Below the pieces are notes generated by a model that saw only the letters and a list, made by a program, of their open reading frames with translations, was not told where the DNA came from and searched no databases. The position numbers and the translations under genes were made by a program. From Nitrospira sp. (GTDB lineage Bacteria; Nitrospirota; Nitrospiria; Nitrospirales; Nitrospiraceae), in contig SWDO01000020.1 of assembly GCA_005116895.1 (NCBI GenBank), positions 23,791 to 87,790 on the forward strand: a DNA stretch of 64,000 bases, in the 5' to 3' direction. Below, one piece after another: positions 27,502 to 37,203 of this stretch (the stretch's first letter is position 1; each line of letters opens with the position of its first letter).

Positions 27502-28257
27502 CTAGGCTCGAATCGTCAGGAGATCCTTCCCCTTCCAAATCTTGCCACCGTACTGCTCGGACGCTTGGCCTCTCACGTCGTATCGATCCGCAATCGGATA
27601 GAAATGCGAGAGAACAAGTTGGCCGACCCCAGCCTCCTTCGCCACCTGACCACACTGTCCAGCGTGCAGATGGGCAGGGCCAGGCTTGTTTGCTGGAAAT
27701 GAACAATCGAGCACGGCCAAGTCGGCATCTGTGCACAGTCGAATAAGCGCGTCACAATATTGCGTATCTCCAGAATACACGATCACCTTCCCACGGTACT
27801 CGATCCGATAACCGACGGACGAGAGGTCTGGTACGTGGACGACTGGTTTGGGCACGATACGAGTCTCCCCGATCATGAACGGCTTGCTGGATACCTCACG
27901 GAAGGTCACACGGAATGGAGCTGAATCAAAACTCGGGAAACTGCGCATGATCGACCGTAAGAGACGAATCGTGCCCTTCGGGCCAATCACCGTCATGTCG
28001 GGACGATGGCCCCCTCCGTATTTGGCATAGATGACCGCATCGAAAAAGAAGGTGATGAAATCAGAAAAGTGATCGGCATGAAAATGGGAGAACAGGATGT
28101 GCGTGATCTGGTGCCGATTCACCCCTGTTTTGATCAGGTTCATCAAGGTGCGGGGGCCAAAATCAAGAAGGATGTTCTGGTCCGTACACACCAGGTAGCC
28201 AGCAGCCGCCCGCGTAGGGTGCACATTGGTTCCGGAGCCAAGAATGGTAAGTCTCAT
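27502..28257 (-). CDS. MBL-fold metallo-hydrolase (RNase Z-like)
   Basis: LTILGSGT, LLDFG, SHFHADHFSD, YSGDT, LVLSHFYP. Confidence 0.9.
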   Translation of the reverse strand: MRLTILGSGTNVHPTRAAAGYLVCTDQNILLDFGPRTLMNLIKTGVNRHQITHILFSHFHADHFSDFITFFFDAVIYAKYGGGHRPDMTVIGPKGTIRLLRSIMRSFPSFDSAPFRVTFREVSSKPFMIGETRIVPKPVVHVPDLSSVGYRIEYRGKVIVYSGDTQYCDALIRLCTDADLAVLDCSFPANKPGPAHLHAGQCGQVAKEAGVGQLVLSHFYPIADRYDVRGQASEQYGGKIWKGKDLLTIRA

Positions 28258-28384
28258 AGGCAACACACCGAAAGCTAACGTTTACGCAGAATAGTCACAA
28301 CGGGAAATCTCGGTCAAGCCGGTGGTTTCCCGAAGGCTCCCTTCGTTGACGGCTTCTCCTTCACCTTCGTATGATCTCCGCCGT

Positions 28385-29020
28385 ATGGTGGACCATCGCG
28401 ATCAAGGGCACGCCAACCTGACTCTGCTTGCCGTGCTGCTCGGCCTCACTGTGACCGGTGTGTGGGTCTGGAAGCGACTATCGCTCGACACACAAGACTA
28501 TATCGTCGATCAGGCTGTGCCAATGGCCGCAATCGGTCTGGCAATTACTGCCATGCTGTTCATCCTAATTCGAGCAGTGATTCGCCACCGTGTGAAGTCC
28601 AATGAACGAGCCAAGCTCCTGACATTGTTTGAGCGAGAAACCGTTCAAGACAAGAAGCTAGAGCTGGCGTTCGCGTTGCTTGAGATGAATGAGTATCACG
28701 TGGAGGGCTTGGAATCCGCAATTCCATCCTTAAAGGAACTCTTTGTCACAACCCTACAGCGGGCCCTGGGCGACAAGCAGCATCGGATCAGAGGGATGGC
28801 AGCCAGTCATCTGGGGGCGTTGCAAGATCTGTCGGTGGTCCCGCTACTTGTGAAAGCCCTTGAAGATGATCATGCCTACGTCCGTTCTTGCGCTGCATTG
28901 GGGCTTGGGCGGCTACGGGCAACTGAGGCACGTGAACGGTTAAAGACGGCAATGGAACAAGATTGGGATCAGACCGTCAGAAGCAGGGCCAGGGAAGCAC
29001 TCGAACGGATGCGAGAGTGA
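28385..29020 (+). CDS. Membrane-anchored HEAT-repeat protein
   Basis: Two N-terminal TM helices; HEAT repeats VPLLVKALED..VRSCAALGLG and VRSRAREAL. Confidence 0.8.
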   Translation: MVDHRDQGHANLTLLAVLLGLTVTGVWVWKRLSLDTQDYIVDQAVPMAAIGLAITAMLFILIRAVIRHRVKSNERAKLLTLFERETVQDKKLELAFALLEMNEYHVEGLESAIPSLKELFVTTLQRALGDKQHRIRGMAASHLGALQDLSVVPLLVKALEDDHAYVRSCAALGLGRLRATEARERLKTAMEQDWDQTVRSRAREALERMRE

Positions 29021-29044
29021 TGATCATGCAGCTTGCAGCTCGGC

Positions 29045-29881
29045 CTATTCCCGCACCCACTCAAGCACCGCAATCTCAGGCCGGCAATTCAAGCGAAATG
29101 GGAGGAAGGACCAACCCAACCCTCTGTTGACATACAGCCTGTGCTGGCCGGATTCATGCCACCCGGCCACGCGACCATTACAGCCAGGAGGAAGCCAGAA
29201 GGTGGGGATTCCCGGTACTTTCCACTGCCCGCCATGGCTGTGTCCGCAGAGAATGAGGTCAATGGCATGATGATCTTCCACATAGTCGAGGATGTTGGGG
29301 GCATGGGCGAGCAGCAAGGTAAAGCGTGACTCGGCGCGAGGCGGGACACATCGAAGATCCGCACGATGAAGCGAAGGGTCATCGACGCCGACAATCGCGA
29401 GTTCTCCCTTTCCCGTTGACACGATGGCGCTTTGATTCACCAGCAGCGTGATCTTGTGTCGATCGGCCAGTTCGGCATATTGTGCCACCGGTACACCACT
29501 ATAGTGGTCATGATTGCCCAACGTCATGTAGATGGGGGCTATGGCGCGTAGCTGTTCGAGGAATCGAAAGAGATGAGGGAGTCCTTCGGGAACGTTGAGC
29601 AGATCCCCGGTGATAAAAATCCAGTCTGGACGGAGCTTGTCCACGGTCTGTACGATGCGCTCGTGCCGCAGACAATACCGGTCAATATGCAGGTCCGTAA
29701 TATGGACGGCACGACCAGCCAGGACACCATGCACCTGCGTGTACCGCGTCACCTCATGCTCGGCAAGGCCGAATTCCCAGTCGGGAATGAGGCTGAATAG
29801 TCGGTAGAGGGGATGGCCGAGACAGTAGCCAATAGAGGCTCGCGCACGATCAGGCCATGACACCATTCGTCGCCGGCTCAT
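29045..29881 (-). CDS. Calcineurin-like metallophosphoesterase
   Basis: TDLH, TGDL, LGNHD, LLAHAP, GHSHGGQ, VNRGLG. Confidence 0.92.
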   Translation of the reverse strand: MSRRRMVSWPDRARASIGYCLGHPLYRLFSLIPDWEFGLAEHEVTRYTQVHGVLAGRAVHITDLHIDRYCLRHERIVQTVDKLRPDWIFITGDLLNVPEGLPHLFRFLEQLRAIAPIYMTLGNHDHYSGVPVAQYAELADRHKITLLVNQSAIVSTGKGELAIVGVDDPSLHRADLRCVPPRAESRFTLLLAHAPNILDYVEDHHAIDLILCGHSHGGQWKVPGIPTFWLPPGCNGRVAGWHESGQHRLYVNRGLGWSFLPFRLNCRPEIAVLEWVRE

Positions 29882-30005
29882 TCCGCAACCTGTCTATGGC
29901 CTGATCGTTTCCACATGGACGGGAAAAGTATACCATGGGCTTACATTTCACCAGATTTGACAACACATTTGCGCTGATAATGATCAGTCCAACGAAGGAA
30001 TACCT

Positions 30006-31052
30006 GTGACGCCACCAATGGCCCCCTTCCTCACCAGCAACGTGCCTGGAATCGGTGGACAAATCCGCAGCGTGCCCGAAGACTTTCAGGTCGAGGAACG
30101 GCCGCTCTACCTGCCGTGCGGGGAAGGTGAACATCTGTACATCACGATCACTAAGCGAGGCCTCTCCACGCCGGATCTTGTTCGGCGTCTTTCCTCGACA
30201 TTGGGAATCAAGGCGCAAGCCATCGGTGTCGCTGGGCTGAAAGATGCACGAGCCGTCACGACACAGATGGTGTCGCTGCAAGGAGTCACACCGGAACAGG
30301 TATCCGGCATCAAGACCGATGACTCACTCTTGAGTCTTCAGATCCTCGGACGCCATCGGAATCGGTTACGAACCGGCCATCACTCTGGCAATCACTTCCG
30401 TTTAGTCATCCGTAATATTGCCGATCACGCGGCTGAAAGCGTGCAGGCCGTTCTTCAACAACTAAGCACACGCGGCGTGCCCAACTACTTTGGCCCTCAA
30501 CGTCAAGGAAAGCGGGGCGATAACTACGAGGTGGGCGCCGCGCTCCTGCATGATGCCCGCCGGCGCGAAAAGATGAATCGTGCTCAGCGCATCTGGTATC
30601 TCAACGCCTATCAGTCGTTTTTGTTCAAGCGGATGCTGGCCCGACGTATCCATACAATCGATCGAGTCTTCGTGGGCGACTGGGCGACAAAACTTGAGAA
30701 CGGCGCCTGTTTTGCTGTTGACGACGCCGAGAAGGAACAGCCACGAGTGGATCGTTTTGAGATCAGTCCAACCGGGATTCTTTTCGGCTCGCGTGTGTCC
30801 TGGGCAAATGGCGAACCAGGCAGCATCGAAGAAGCCGTCATTGCCGAAGCGGGTACAACCAAGGAAGCCCTTGTCGCCGCCGCCAAGGCCTGTGGATTTC
30901 GTGGCGAGCGCAGGGCGCTTCGCATCCCTCTCGCTGAACTTGAATGGTCGCTCAGCGGTGATGTCCTTACCCTCTCTTTCAGCCTCCCTCCCGGCGCCTA
31001 CGCCACGAGCGTACTCCGAGAACTGATGAAAATATCCCCCACAAACGCTTAG
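30006..31052 (+). CDS. truD: tRNA pseudouridine(13) synthase
   Basis: PEDFQVEE, AGLKDARAVTTQ, GNHF, GVPNYFGPQRQG, LPPGAYATSVLRE. Confidence 0.96.
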   Translation: MTPPMAPFLTSNVPGIGGQIRSVPEDFQVEERPLYLPCGEGEHLYITITKRGLSTPDLVRRLSSTLGIKAQAIGVAGLKDARAVTTQMVSLQGVTPEQVSGIKTDDSLLSLQILGRHRNRLRTGHHSGNHFRLVIRNIADHAAESVQAVLQQLSTRGVPNYFGPQRQGKRGDNYEVGAALLHDARRREKMNRAQRIWYLNAYQSFLFKRMLARRIHTIDRVFVGDWATKLENGACFAVDDAEKEQPRVDRFEISPTGILFGSRVSWANGEPGSIEEAVIAEAGTTKEALVAAAKACGFRGERRALRIPLAELEWSLSGDVLTLSFSLPPGAYATSVLRELMKISPTNA

Positions 31053-31119
31053 TTCCTCTCATTTTCTTTCCCCTGCCATAGCGGGTGGTACTATATGGTC
31101 ACACCCACTGAGGACGGCT

Positions 31120-32364
31120 GTGAACCACTACCAAGAACGCGTGTACCTTCAAGGCCACATCATCGACTCTCTCGTGCTCGCTAAGGTGCTCGATCTCATC
31201 CTAATGATGGGGGGAACCTTTGACCTGGAGGACGTGCACATCGGTAAGACCAGAGAGGAACCGTCTCATGCTCGTATTCGAATCCAAACTGCTTCAAGAA
31301 CGCTCCTAGACGACATTTTGAACGCGATTCAACCACACGGTGCCTCGATCGAACGTGAGGCTGACTGCCGCACCGACTGTGCGCCTACCGACGGGGTGTT
31401 ACCCGATGACTTCTATGCCACGACGCACCTCCCCACCCAGATCCGGCTCAACGGTCGATGGCTGGACGTGGGTCGAATCGAGATGGATCTCGCGATCGTG
31501 GTCCATGAGGCGGGCTCCGTCGCCCAGGCCGTGCCGATGAGCGAAGTTCGTTGTGGAGATCAAATCGTGATCGGTCGAGAGGGGGTGCGTGTCATTCCCC
31601 TCCAGCGGCCACGCGAACGAGACGTCTTTGGATTCATGGAGTCTCAGGTCTCGGCTGAACGGCCCCATGCACATATCATCGCCGACGTCGCGACTCGAAT
31701 GCGTCAAATGAAAGAACGACACAGAGAGAGGCAGAGCGACTCACACGTCTTGCTGGCCGGTGGACCAGCCATTATTCATGCCGGTGGGCGAGAGGCGCTG
31801 ACCTGGCTGATCGAACAGGGGTTTATTCATATCCTGTTTTGTGGGAATGCGCTGGCTGCACATGACATGGAAGCTGATCTGTTCGGCACGTCACTCGGTT
31901 ACGGGCTGACAGCCGGGCGCGCAGTCCCGCATGGCCATGAGCATCATTTGCGGACCATCAACCGGATTCGAGCCATTGGCGGGATTGAGGCGGCGGTCAC
32001 GTCGGGAATGATCAAGCAGGGAATCATGGCAGCCTGTGTCCGCCAAGGCGTCCCGGTGGTCATGTCCGGAACGATTCGTGACGATGGGCCCTTGCCCGGA
32101 GTGATCACGGATTCCGTTCTGGCACAACGCGCGATGCGCGCCTTGATCCCCGGCGTTGGGCTGGCTCTCCTTGTCGCCTCGACGCTCCACTCCGTGGCGA
32201 CGGGCAATCTTCTACCGGCAACCGTTCCCACTGTCTGTGTCGACGTGAACCCGTCGGTCCCGACCAAGCTGGCCGACCGGGGGAGCTTTCAGGCGGTCGG
32301 CCTCGTCATGGATGCGGCATCGTTTCAGTCGGAACTTGCCAGGCTGTTGGGGAAGTCGACATGA
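31120..32364 (+). CDS. TIGR00300-type LOR/SDH-like protein (ornithine cyclodeaminase module of ArgZ/AgrE)
   Basis: LQGHIIDS, GVLPDDFYATT, FGFMESQVSAERP, GNALAAHDME, IRDDGPLP, LHSVATGNLLP, TKLADRGS. Confidence 0.87.
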   Translation: MNHYQERVYLQGHIIDSLVLAKVLDLILMMGGTFDLEDVHIGKTREEPSHARIRIQTASRTLLDDILNAIQPHGASIEREADCRTDCAPTDGVLPDDFYATTHLPTQIRLNGRWLDVGRIEMDLAIVVHEAGSVAQAVPMSEVRCGDQIVIGREGVRVIPLQRPRERDVFGFMESQVSAERPHAHIIADVATRMRQMKERHRERQSDSHVLLAGGPAIIHAGGREALTWLIEQGFIHILFCGNALAAHDMEADLFGTSLGYGLTAGRAVPHGHEHHLRTINRIRAIGGIEAAVTSGMIKQGIMAACVRQGVPVVMSGTIRDDGPLPGVITDSVLAQRAMRALIPGVGLALLVASTLHSVATGNLLPATVPTVCVDVNPSVPTKLADRGSFQAVGLVMDAASFQSELARLLGKST

Positions 32365-33161
32365 GCCGCCTCCTCGTCTGTCCCCCGGATTTTTTTGGGA
32401 TTGAGTATGAGATCAATCCCTGGATGCGGCGTACCAATCGCGTAGATCACGGACGGGCGGTGCGACAGTGGCATGAATTGATGCGCGTCCTCGGAAAAGA
32501 CGTGGGCGTCGTGCTTGAACACATGACTCCCATTCCTGGGTTGCCCGACCTCGTATTTACGGCCAATGCCGGCATCGTGGTGGGACGAACCGCCGTCGTG
32601 AGTCGCTTCCGGTACCCTGAGCGTCAGCCTGAAGAGGCTCATTTTGAAGAGTGGTTCCGTAAGCAGGGCTATGACGTGGTCACAATAGAACAAGAGCTGT
32701 ATTTTGAGGGAGCAGGCGATCTCCTGGGTTTTTCAGAATACTGGTTCGGTGGCTATCGACAACGATCGGATATCCGCGTCTTCCCGATCCTGAGTGAGCG
32801 TTTTCACCGAGAAATCATTCCCCTCGACCTTGTCGACAGCCGCTTCTATCATCTGGATACCTGTCTCTGTTCCTTGAGCGGCGGCGAGCTCCTCTATTTC
32901 CCTGCTGCCTTTGATCGCTATGGCCAGGCAGCGATTGCAGAACGGATTCCTGACAAGCTGCGTCTTGCCGTTCCGGAAGATGAAGCTCTACAATTCGCCT
33001 GCAATGCCGTCTGTGTCGGGAAACATGTCGTTCTCCCTACAGGATGTCCCACTACACAAGCCTGGCTCCGTATGCGAGGATATGAAACCCACCAGGTTCA
33101 GCTCGATGAGTTCATGAAATCCGGTGGGTCGGCCAAGTGTCTCACACTCGCCTTGGATTGA
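32361..33161 (+). CDS. Amidinotransferase-fold hydrolase (arginine dihydrolase/dimethylargininase-like)
   Basis: YEINPWM, LPDLVFTANAG, FEGAGD, FYHLDTC, KSGGSAKC (catalytic Cys). Confidence 0.9.
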   Translation: MSRLLVCPPDFFGIEYEINPWMRRTNRVDHGRAVRQWHELMRVLGKDVGVVLEHMTPIPGLPDLVFTANAGIVVGRTAVVSRFRYPERQPEEAHFEEWFRKQGYDVVTIEQELYFEGAGDLLGFSEYWFGGYRQRSDIRVFPILSERFHREIIPLDLVDSRFYHLDTCLCSLSGGELLYFPAAFDRYGQAAIAERIPDKLRLAVPEDEALQFACNAVCVGKHVVLPTGCPTTQAWLRMRGYETHQVQLDEFMKSGGSAKCLTLALD

Positions 33162-33231
33162 GAAATGTCATTGGCCAATCGATGAACGGACACGAATGTA
33201 TTCTGATCAATGACGAAGGACTATTGACTAA

Positions 33232-33591
33232 TCACTTTTTTCTGAATAGAAACGCGCCATACATGCCGGCAATTGCGATCGTGACGAGTTCAATCGTCAG
33301 CAGCATGCGGCTTACGACAGCGTCCGGAGTTGGTGGAGAGAGGATGAAATGCAGACCGAGAAACTCCGGGGTCTGCGTCGGCGCTGTCTCCCATGGAGGA
33401 AGCAAGACGGCCAGAATCAGCACGACGACCATACCGTAGAGTACCGCGAGATTGAGTTGGTCTGGTGCCGAAGTGCTAGGGGGTTGAGTAGCCGACCGAC
33501 TATCCGATCGATCGGCGAGTTGCCGGCCGCATTGGATACAGAAACGGTTGATCTCCGGTTGTGACCGGCTGCAGGCAGGACAGACTTGCAT
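33232..33591 (-). CDS. Zn-ribbon membrane protein
   Basis: CPAC..FCIQCG followed by two TM segments. Confidence 0.75.
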   Translation of the reverse strand: MQVCPACSRSQPEINRFCIQCGRQLADRSDSRSATQPPSTSAPDQLNLAVLYGMVVVLILAVLLPPWETAPTQTPEFLGLHFILSPPTPDAVVSRMLLTIELVTIAIAGMYGAFLFRKK

Positions 33592-33663
33592 TCTTGAGTA
33601 TTCCCTGTACCCCACCTACATACATGGAAATGTCCTAAAGATGCCAGAGGCAGCGCTGACAGG

Positions 33664-34434
33664 CTAGAAGTGGTAATTGACTCCGAAGGAAAAGATGACC
33701 GGATTATAGATGGCTGTAAATCCAAAGGCTCCTGCGTCATTGGCGTCAAAATTGAAAGTCGTGTAGTTATATTTGACTTCACCGAATCCAGAGATGTGTC
33801 GTGTGAAAAAGTATTCGCCGCCGAGCTTGACGTTCAGACCTACCCTGGCTGAACTCTGCGTCCCTTCAAATCCTGATACTATGGTTTTGACTCGGGCCAT
33901 AAATATTCCCGGACCAATCCCAACATAGGGTTGAAACCTTGTCTTGTGATACCGCAACATGAGATTAAACGGAGCAACCGTAATAACTCGAAAAAGATCG
34001 CCCGAAAGACCACTTGTTGTATCCCCGCCAGGTATCTGACCGACGCCGTTCAAGATCGATCCCGGAATAAAGCTGAATCTTGTCGATTGTTGCTCAATGT
34101 GAGGAGTCGTATAGTAGCCTTCCAGTTCCAGACCAAGCCATGGCACGTGCGGAAAGTAATACCCGATTTTCCCGCCTAGTACTGGGGAGCTGGCCAAATC
34201 ACGACCTGACATCGACCCGGGAGGAGTGAGCGTGGATCCTGGAGGACCACCAAGATCGGTCAGATCGACTCTGGTCAGCTTGTTGTTGTCGCCGAAAAAT
34301 GTGGTTCCGATTTGGCCTCCAACGTACATTTCTGAATAGGCAGTCGGTACGGTCAGAACCGATGTCAGCGACGCGTGCAACAACGTCGCAGTGAAGATCC
34401 ATTTGCAAACCCACGCAGGACATCGTTGTTTCAT
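33664..34434 (-). CDS. Outer-membrane beta-barrel protein (OmpA/OmpW-like)
   Basis: Signal peptide, PYVGIGPG, alternating beta strands, C-terminal GVNYHF. Confidence 0.85.
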   Translation of the reverse strand: MKQRCPAWVCKWIFTATLLHASLTSVLTVPTAYSEMYVGGQIGTTFFGDNNKLTRVDLTDLGGPPGSTLTPPGSMSGRDLASSPVLGGKIGYYFPHVPWLGLELEGYYTTPHIEQQSTRFSFIPGSILNGVGQIPGGDTTSGLSGDLFRVITVAPFNLMLRYHKTRFQPYVGIGPGIFMARVKTIVSGFEGTQSSARVGLNVKLGGEYFFTRHISGFGEVKYNYTTFNFDANDAGAFGFTAIYNPVIFSFGVNYHF

Positions 34435-34520
34435 GAGAACCACTCCGGATTACCCAGCTCCAACTCTCTCGAGTACAGGATGATCTCAAAGTCCTTTCGT
34501 AGATGCTCACAAGAAGGTTC

Positions 34521-34536
34521 AGCAAACTACATGCCA
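34521..34536 (-). promoter_or_regulatory. sigma54 (-24/-12) promoter for the beta-barrel gene
   Basis: TGGCATGTAGTTTGCT on the minus strand (GG-N10-GC). Confidence 0.65.
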
Positions 34537-34602
34537 CCCACAGTCGCATCTTCGTTGGAGAATAGGGCATGAGTGACACGCCGCATGTGTCTGCTCCATT
34601 CA

Positions 34603-34632
34603 TTGACAGGCTCTTGAGGGCCTTCCTATAAT
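34603..34632 (+). promoter_or_regulatory. sigma70 promoter of the gpsA operon
   Basis: Perfect TTGACA-N18-TATAAT. Confidence 0.75.
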
Positions 34633-34683
34633 TCGCCCTCTTGAATGAGTGGATAATGATTTTGCCATGAGGCTGAATCGCGT

Positions 34684-35706
34684 ATGTCGATCACGATCAA
34701 CAAGCTCGGTGTTATTGGAGCTGGAGCCTGGGGCACAGCCTTGGCCAAACATCTGGCCGAGAAGGGTCTGGAGGTTCGTCTCTGGGCCTATGAACACGTT
34801 GTCGTCAACGCCATCAACACCTCTCATGAAAATTCTGTCTTCCTGAAAGGCGTCCCGCTTCCATCAAATTTAACGGCCACTTCCTCACTGGTTGAAGCCG
34901 TACATGGCTGTGATGGGGTTCTGTTTGCCGTTCCTTCACACAGAACCCGATCCGTGTTGCATCAGTTGGCACCCTACATCGCAGAGCCCATACCGTTCGT
35001 GTGCGCAACCAAAGGCATAGAAGAAACCACGGCAAAATTGATGACCCAGGTCATGGAGGACGAGTTGTCGCCGGCCATGCACCGCTTCCTCATGGTGCTA
35101 TCTGGACCCAGTTTCGCCTCCGAATTCAGCATTGGGAAGCCCACGGCCCTGTGCCTGGCTGGCTCCGATGAACAGCTCGTGCGGCAGTTTCAACATGCGT
35201 TGATGACGCCTGTATTTCGTGTGTACGCCGATACTGATGTCATCGGGGTCCAACTCGGCGGAGCCCTAAAAAATGTCATGGCACTAGCTGCCGGTGTGAT
35301 CGATGGTCTGAACCTCGGACTCAATGCCCGCGCGGCGCTCATTACTCGAGGCCTGGCTGAAATCATCAGGCTCGGCGCTGCAATGGGAGCCGATCCGCGC
35401 ACGTTTTATGGACTGTCCGGGGTCGGCGATCTGGTCCTGACCTGTACAGGCACACTCAGCCGAAACCATTCGGTAGGTGTTCGCCTCGGCCAGGGAGAAA
35501 AGTTGGAGGCGATATTGGCAAGTATGCAGGCTGTTGCTGAAGGCGTTCGGACGGCACGTGCTGCATTAACCTTGGCCCGGCGCTATCAGGCCGATATGCC
35601 GATCATACAAGAAATCCATTCCGTCCTGTATGACGATAAATCTTGTAGGAAGGCCGTGACTGATTTAATGGAGCGGGATGCAAAATCAGAGAAGGGGTGG
35701 ACATGA
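34684..35706 (+). CDS. gpsA: NAD(P)H-dependent glycerol-3-phosphate dehydrogenase
   Basis: GAGAWGTALA, TKGIE, LSGPSFA, GGALKNV, GVGDLVLTCTGTLSRN. Confidence 0.97.
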   Translation: MSITINKLGVIGAGAWGTALAKHLAEKGLEVRLWAYEHVVVNAINTSHENSVFLKGVPLPSNLTATSSLVEAVHGCDGVLFAVPSHRTRSVLHQLAPYIAEPIPFVCATKGIEETTAKLMTQVMEDELSPAMHRFLMVLSGPSFASEFSIGKPTALCLAGSDEQLVRQFQHALMTPVFRVYADTDVIGVQLGGALKNVMALAAGVIDGLNLGLNARAALITRGLAEIIRLGAAMGADPRTFYGLSGVGDLVLTCTGTLSRNHSVGVRLGQGEKLEAILASMQAVAEGVRTARAALTLARRYQADMPIIQEIHSVLYDDKSCRKAVTDLMERDAKSEKGWT

Positions 35707-36458
35707 ATCCGGAAGGACTCGAACGGCTGTTGCAGCAAGTCCGTCAAGGCAATGCCACGGTGGAACAGGCACTTCAGCGCCTGCGGTCACTGCCTTTTGA
35801 GGATCTAGGCTTTGCCTCACTCGATCATCATCGGTCGTTACGACAAGGGTTCCCCGAGGTCGTCTTGTGTGAAGGGAAAACCACCGCGCAGATCATCGCC
35901 ATCGCTCGGGCGCTCATCAAGAAACAGGGCCCGTTTCTTGCCACTCGTGCCGACCCATCGGTTGGGCGAGCCATTCGCCGCCTGGATCGGCGGGCACAGT
36001 ACTATCCCGATGCACGCCTTGTGGCGATTCGCGCTCCCAAGCAGAAACAACATGGGCATATACTCGTGGTGACTGCGGGAACGGCAGACGTGCCCGTGGC
36101 GGAAGAAGCTCGGGTGACGGCGGAAGTGATGGGAAGCCACGTCGAACGACTGTACGATGTCGGGGTTGCGGGTATCCATCGACTGCTTGGAAAGAGAGAT
36201 CGGCTGTTCGATGCGAAGGTCGTGATCGTCGCGGCTGGCATGGACGGTGTCCTGCCGAGCGTGGTGGGGGGGTTGGTCCACTGCCCGGTCATTGCCGTGC
36301 CAACCAGCCGAGGCTATGGTGCGAGCTTCGGGGGAGTCGCTGCGCTGCTGACGATGCTCAATTCCTGCGCGGCGGGTGTGGGCGTGATGAATATCGACAA
36401 CGGATTCGGCGCGGCCTGCCTCGCACATCGGATCAATATGTTGGGAGTAGAGAAATAG
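35703..36458 (+). CDS. larB: Nickel-pincer cofactor biosynthesis protein LarB
   Basis: LDHHRSLRQGFPEVV, TAGTADVPVAEEA, DVGVAGIHRL, AGMDGVLPSVVGG, NIDNGFGA. Confidence 0.93.
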   Translation: MNPEGLERLLQQVRQGNATVEQALQRLRSLPFEDLGFASLDHHRSLRQGFPEVVLCEGKTTAQIIAIARALIKKQGPFLATRADPSVGRAIRRLDRRAQYYPDARLVAIRAPKQKQHGHILVVTAGTADVPVAEEARVTAEVMGSHVERLYDVGVAGIHRLLGKRDRLFDAKVVIVAAGMDGVLPSVVGGLVHCPVIAVPTSRGYGASFGGVAALLTMLNSCAAGVGVMNIDNGFGAACLAHRINMLGVEK

Positions 36459-36481
36459 GATCGGGAAAAACGAATGAGGCT

Positions 36482-37186
36482 CTATTTCACTTCCAGGAGA
36501 CCTCGCTTCGGCCAGGCGACCATCACAGTGCGTAACCCCTTTTCTCCATTCGCCAACAACTTTGTCCGCACTTCATACGAATAGATACCCACCCCGGCGA
36601 GTTGCTTTCGGTGATCCTGACCATCCCACGCAAGTTCGACGGAGACCTTCGATCGTCCTGTCTCCCCATCCACGGCTGGAGGGACTTGGATGGGCTGTCG
36701 ATACGTGAGAAACCGAAGTGAGCTCTTCGACGGAGAACTAATGAGCGAGGTCACCTCCAAAATGGTAGATCCATCTATTTCTTTCGGAAGCTGGACTGTA
36801 ACGGAAAACTGAAGAGGCCCGTTGCCCAGAGCATATGGTATCGGGGCAATGTTAAGGGCGACAATTTTGAGCTGAGGCTCGGGCCTGGGAACGCGTGGCG
36901 GCTTCACTTTCGAGAGGCTCTCTGCTGGGAATACGACCATCAGAGAAGCACACAGGGTGAGCAACCCGAGCAGAAGCCTCGTACGATGGAGATGACGTGA
37001 CGTCTTCAACGAAAACCCTGACCCTATGCTTTCCTGAACAAGCGCGGCGCGTCCGCCACGATACCACTTGACCACATTCCTAGGGGGATAACATAGCATC
37101 CCTGGGCTGTCAACGAAGCGTCGAGAATGAACCAGCGATTGCCGTTCGTCCACGCCTTCGGTAAGATGTCCGGTCATTTTGCGCAT
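36482..37186 (-). CDS. Hypothetical exported protein (FlgD-Ig-like C-terminus); real start probably downstream
   Basis: Signal-like LLLGLLTLCASLMVVF and the motif WDGQD...GIYSY. Confidence 0.65.
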   Translation of the reverse strand: MRKMTGHLTEGVDERQSLVHSRRFVDSPGMLCYPPRNVVKWYRGGRAALVQESIGSGFSLKTSRHLHRTRLLLGLLTLCASLMVVFPAESLSKVKPPRVPRPEPQLKIVALNIAPIPYALGNGPLQFSVTVQLPKEIDGSTILEVTSLISSPSKSSLRFLTYRQPIQVPPAVDGETGRSKVSVELAWDGQDHRKQLAGVGIYSYEVRTKLLANGEKGLRTVMVAWPKRGLLEVK

Positions 37187-37203
37187 CGTATGTGAGGAAC
37201 TGA

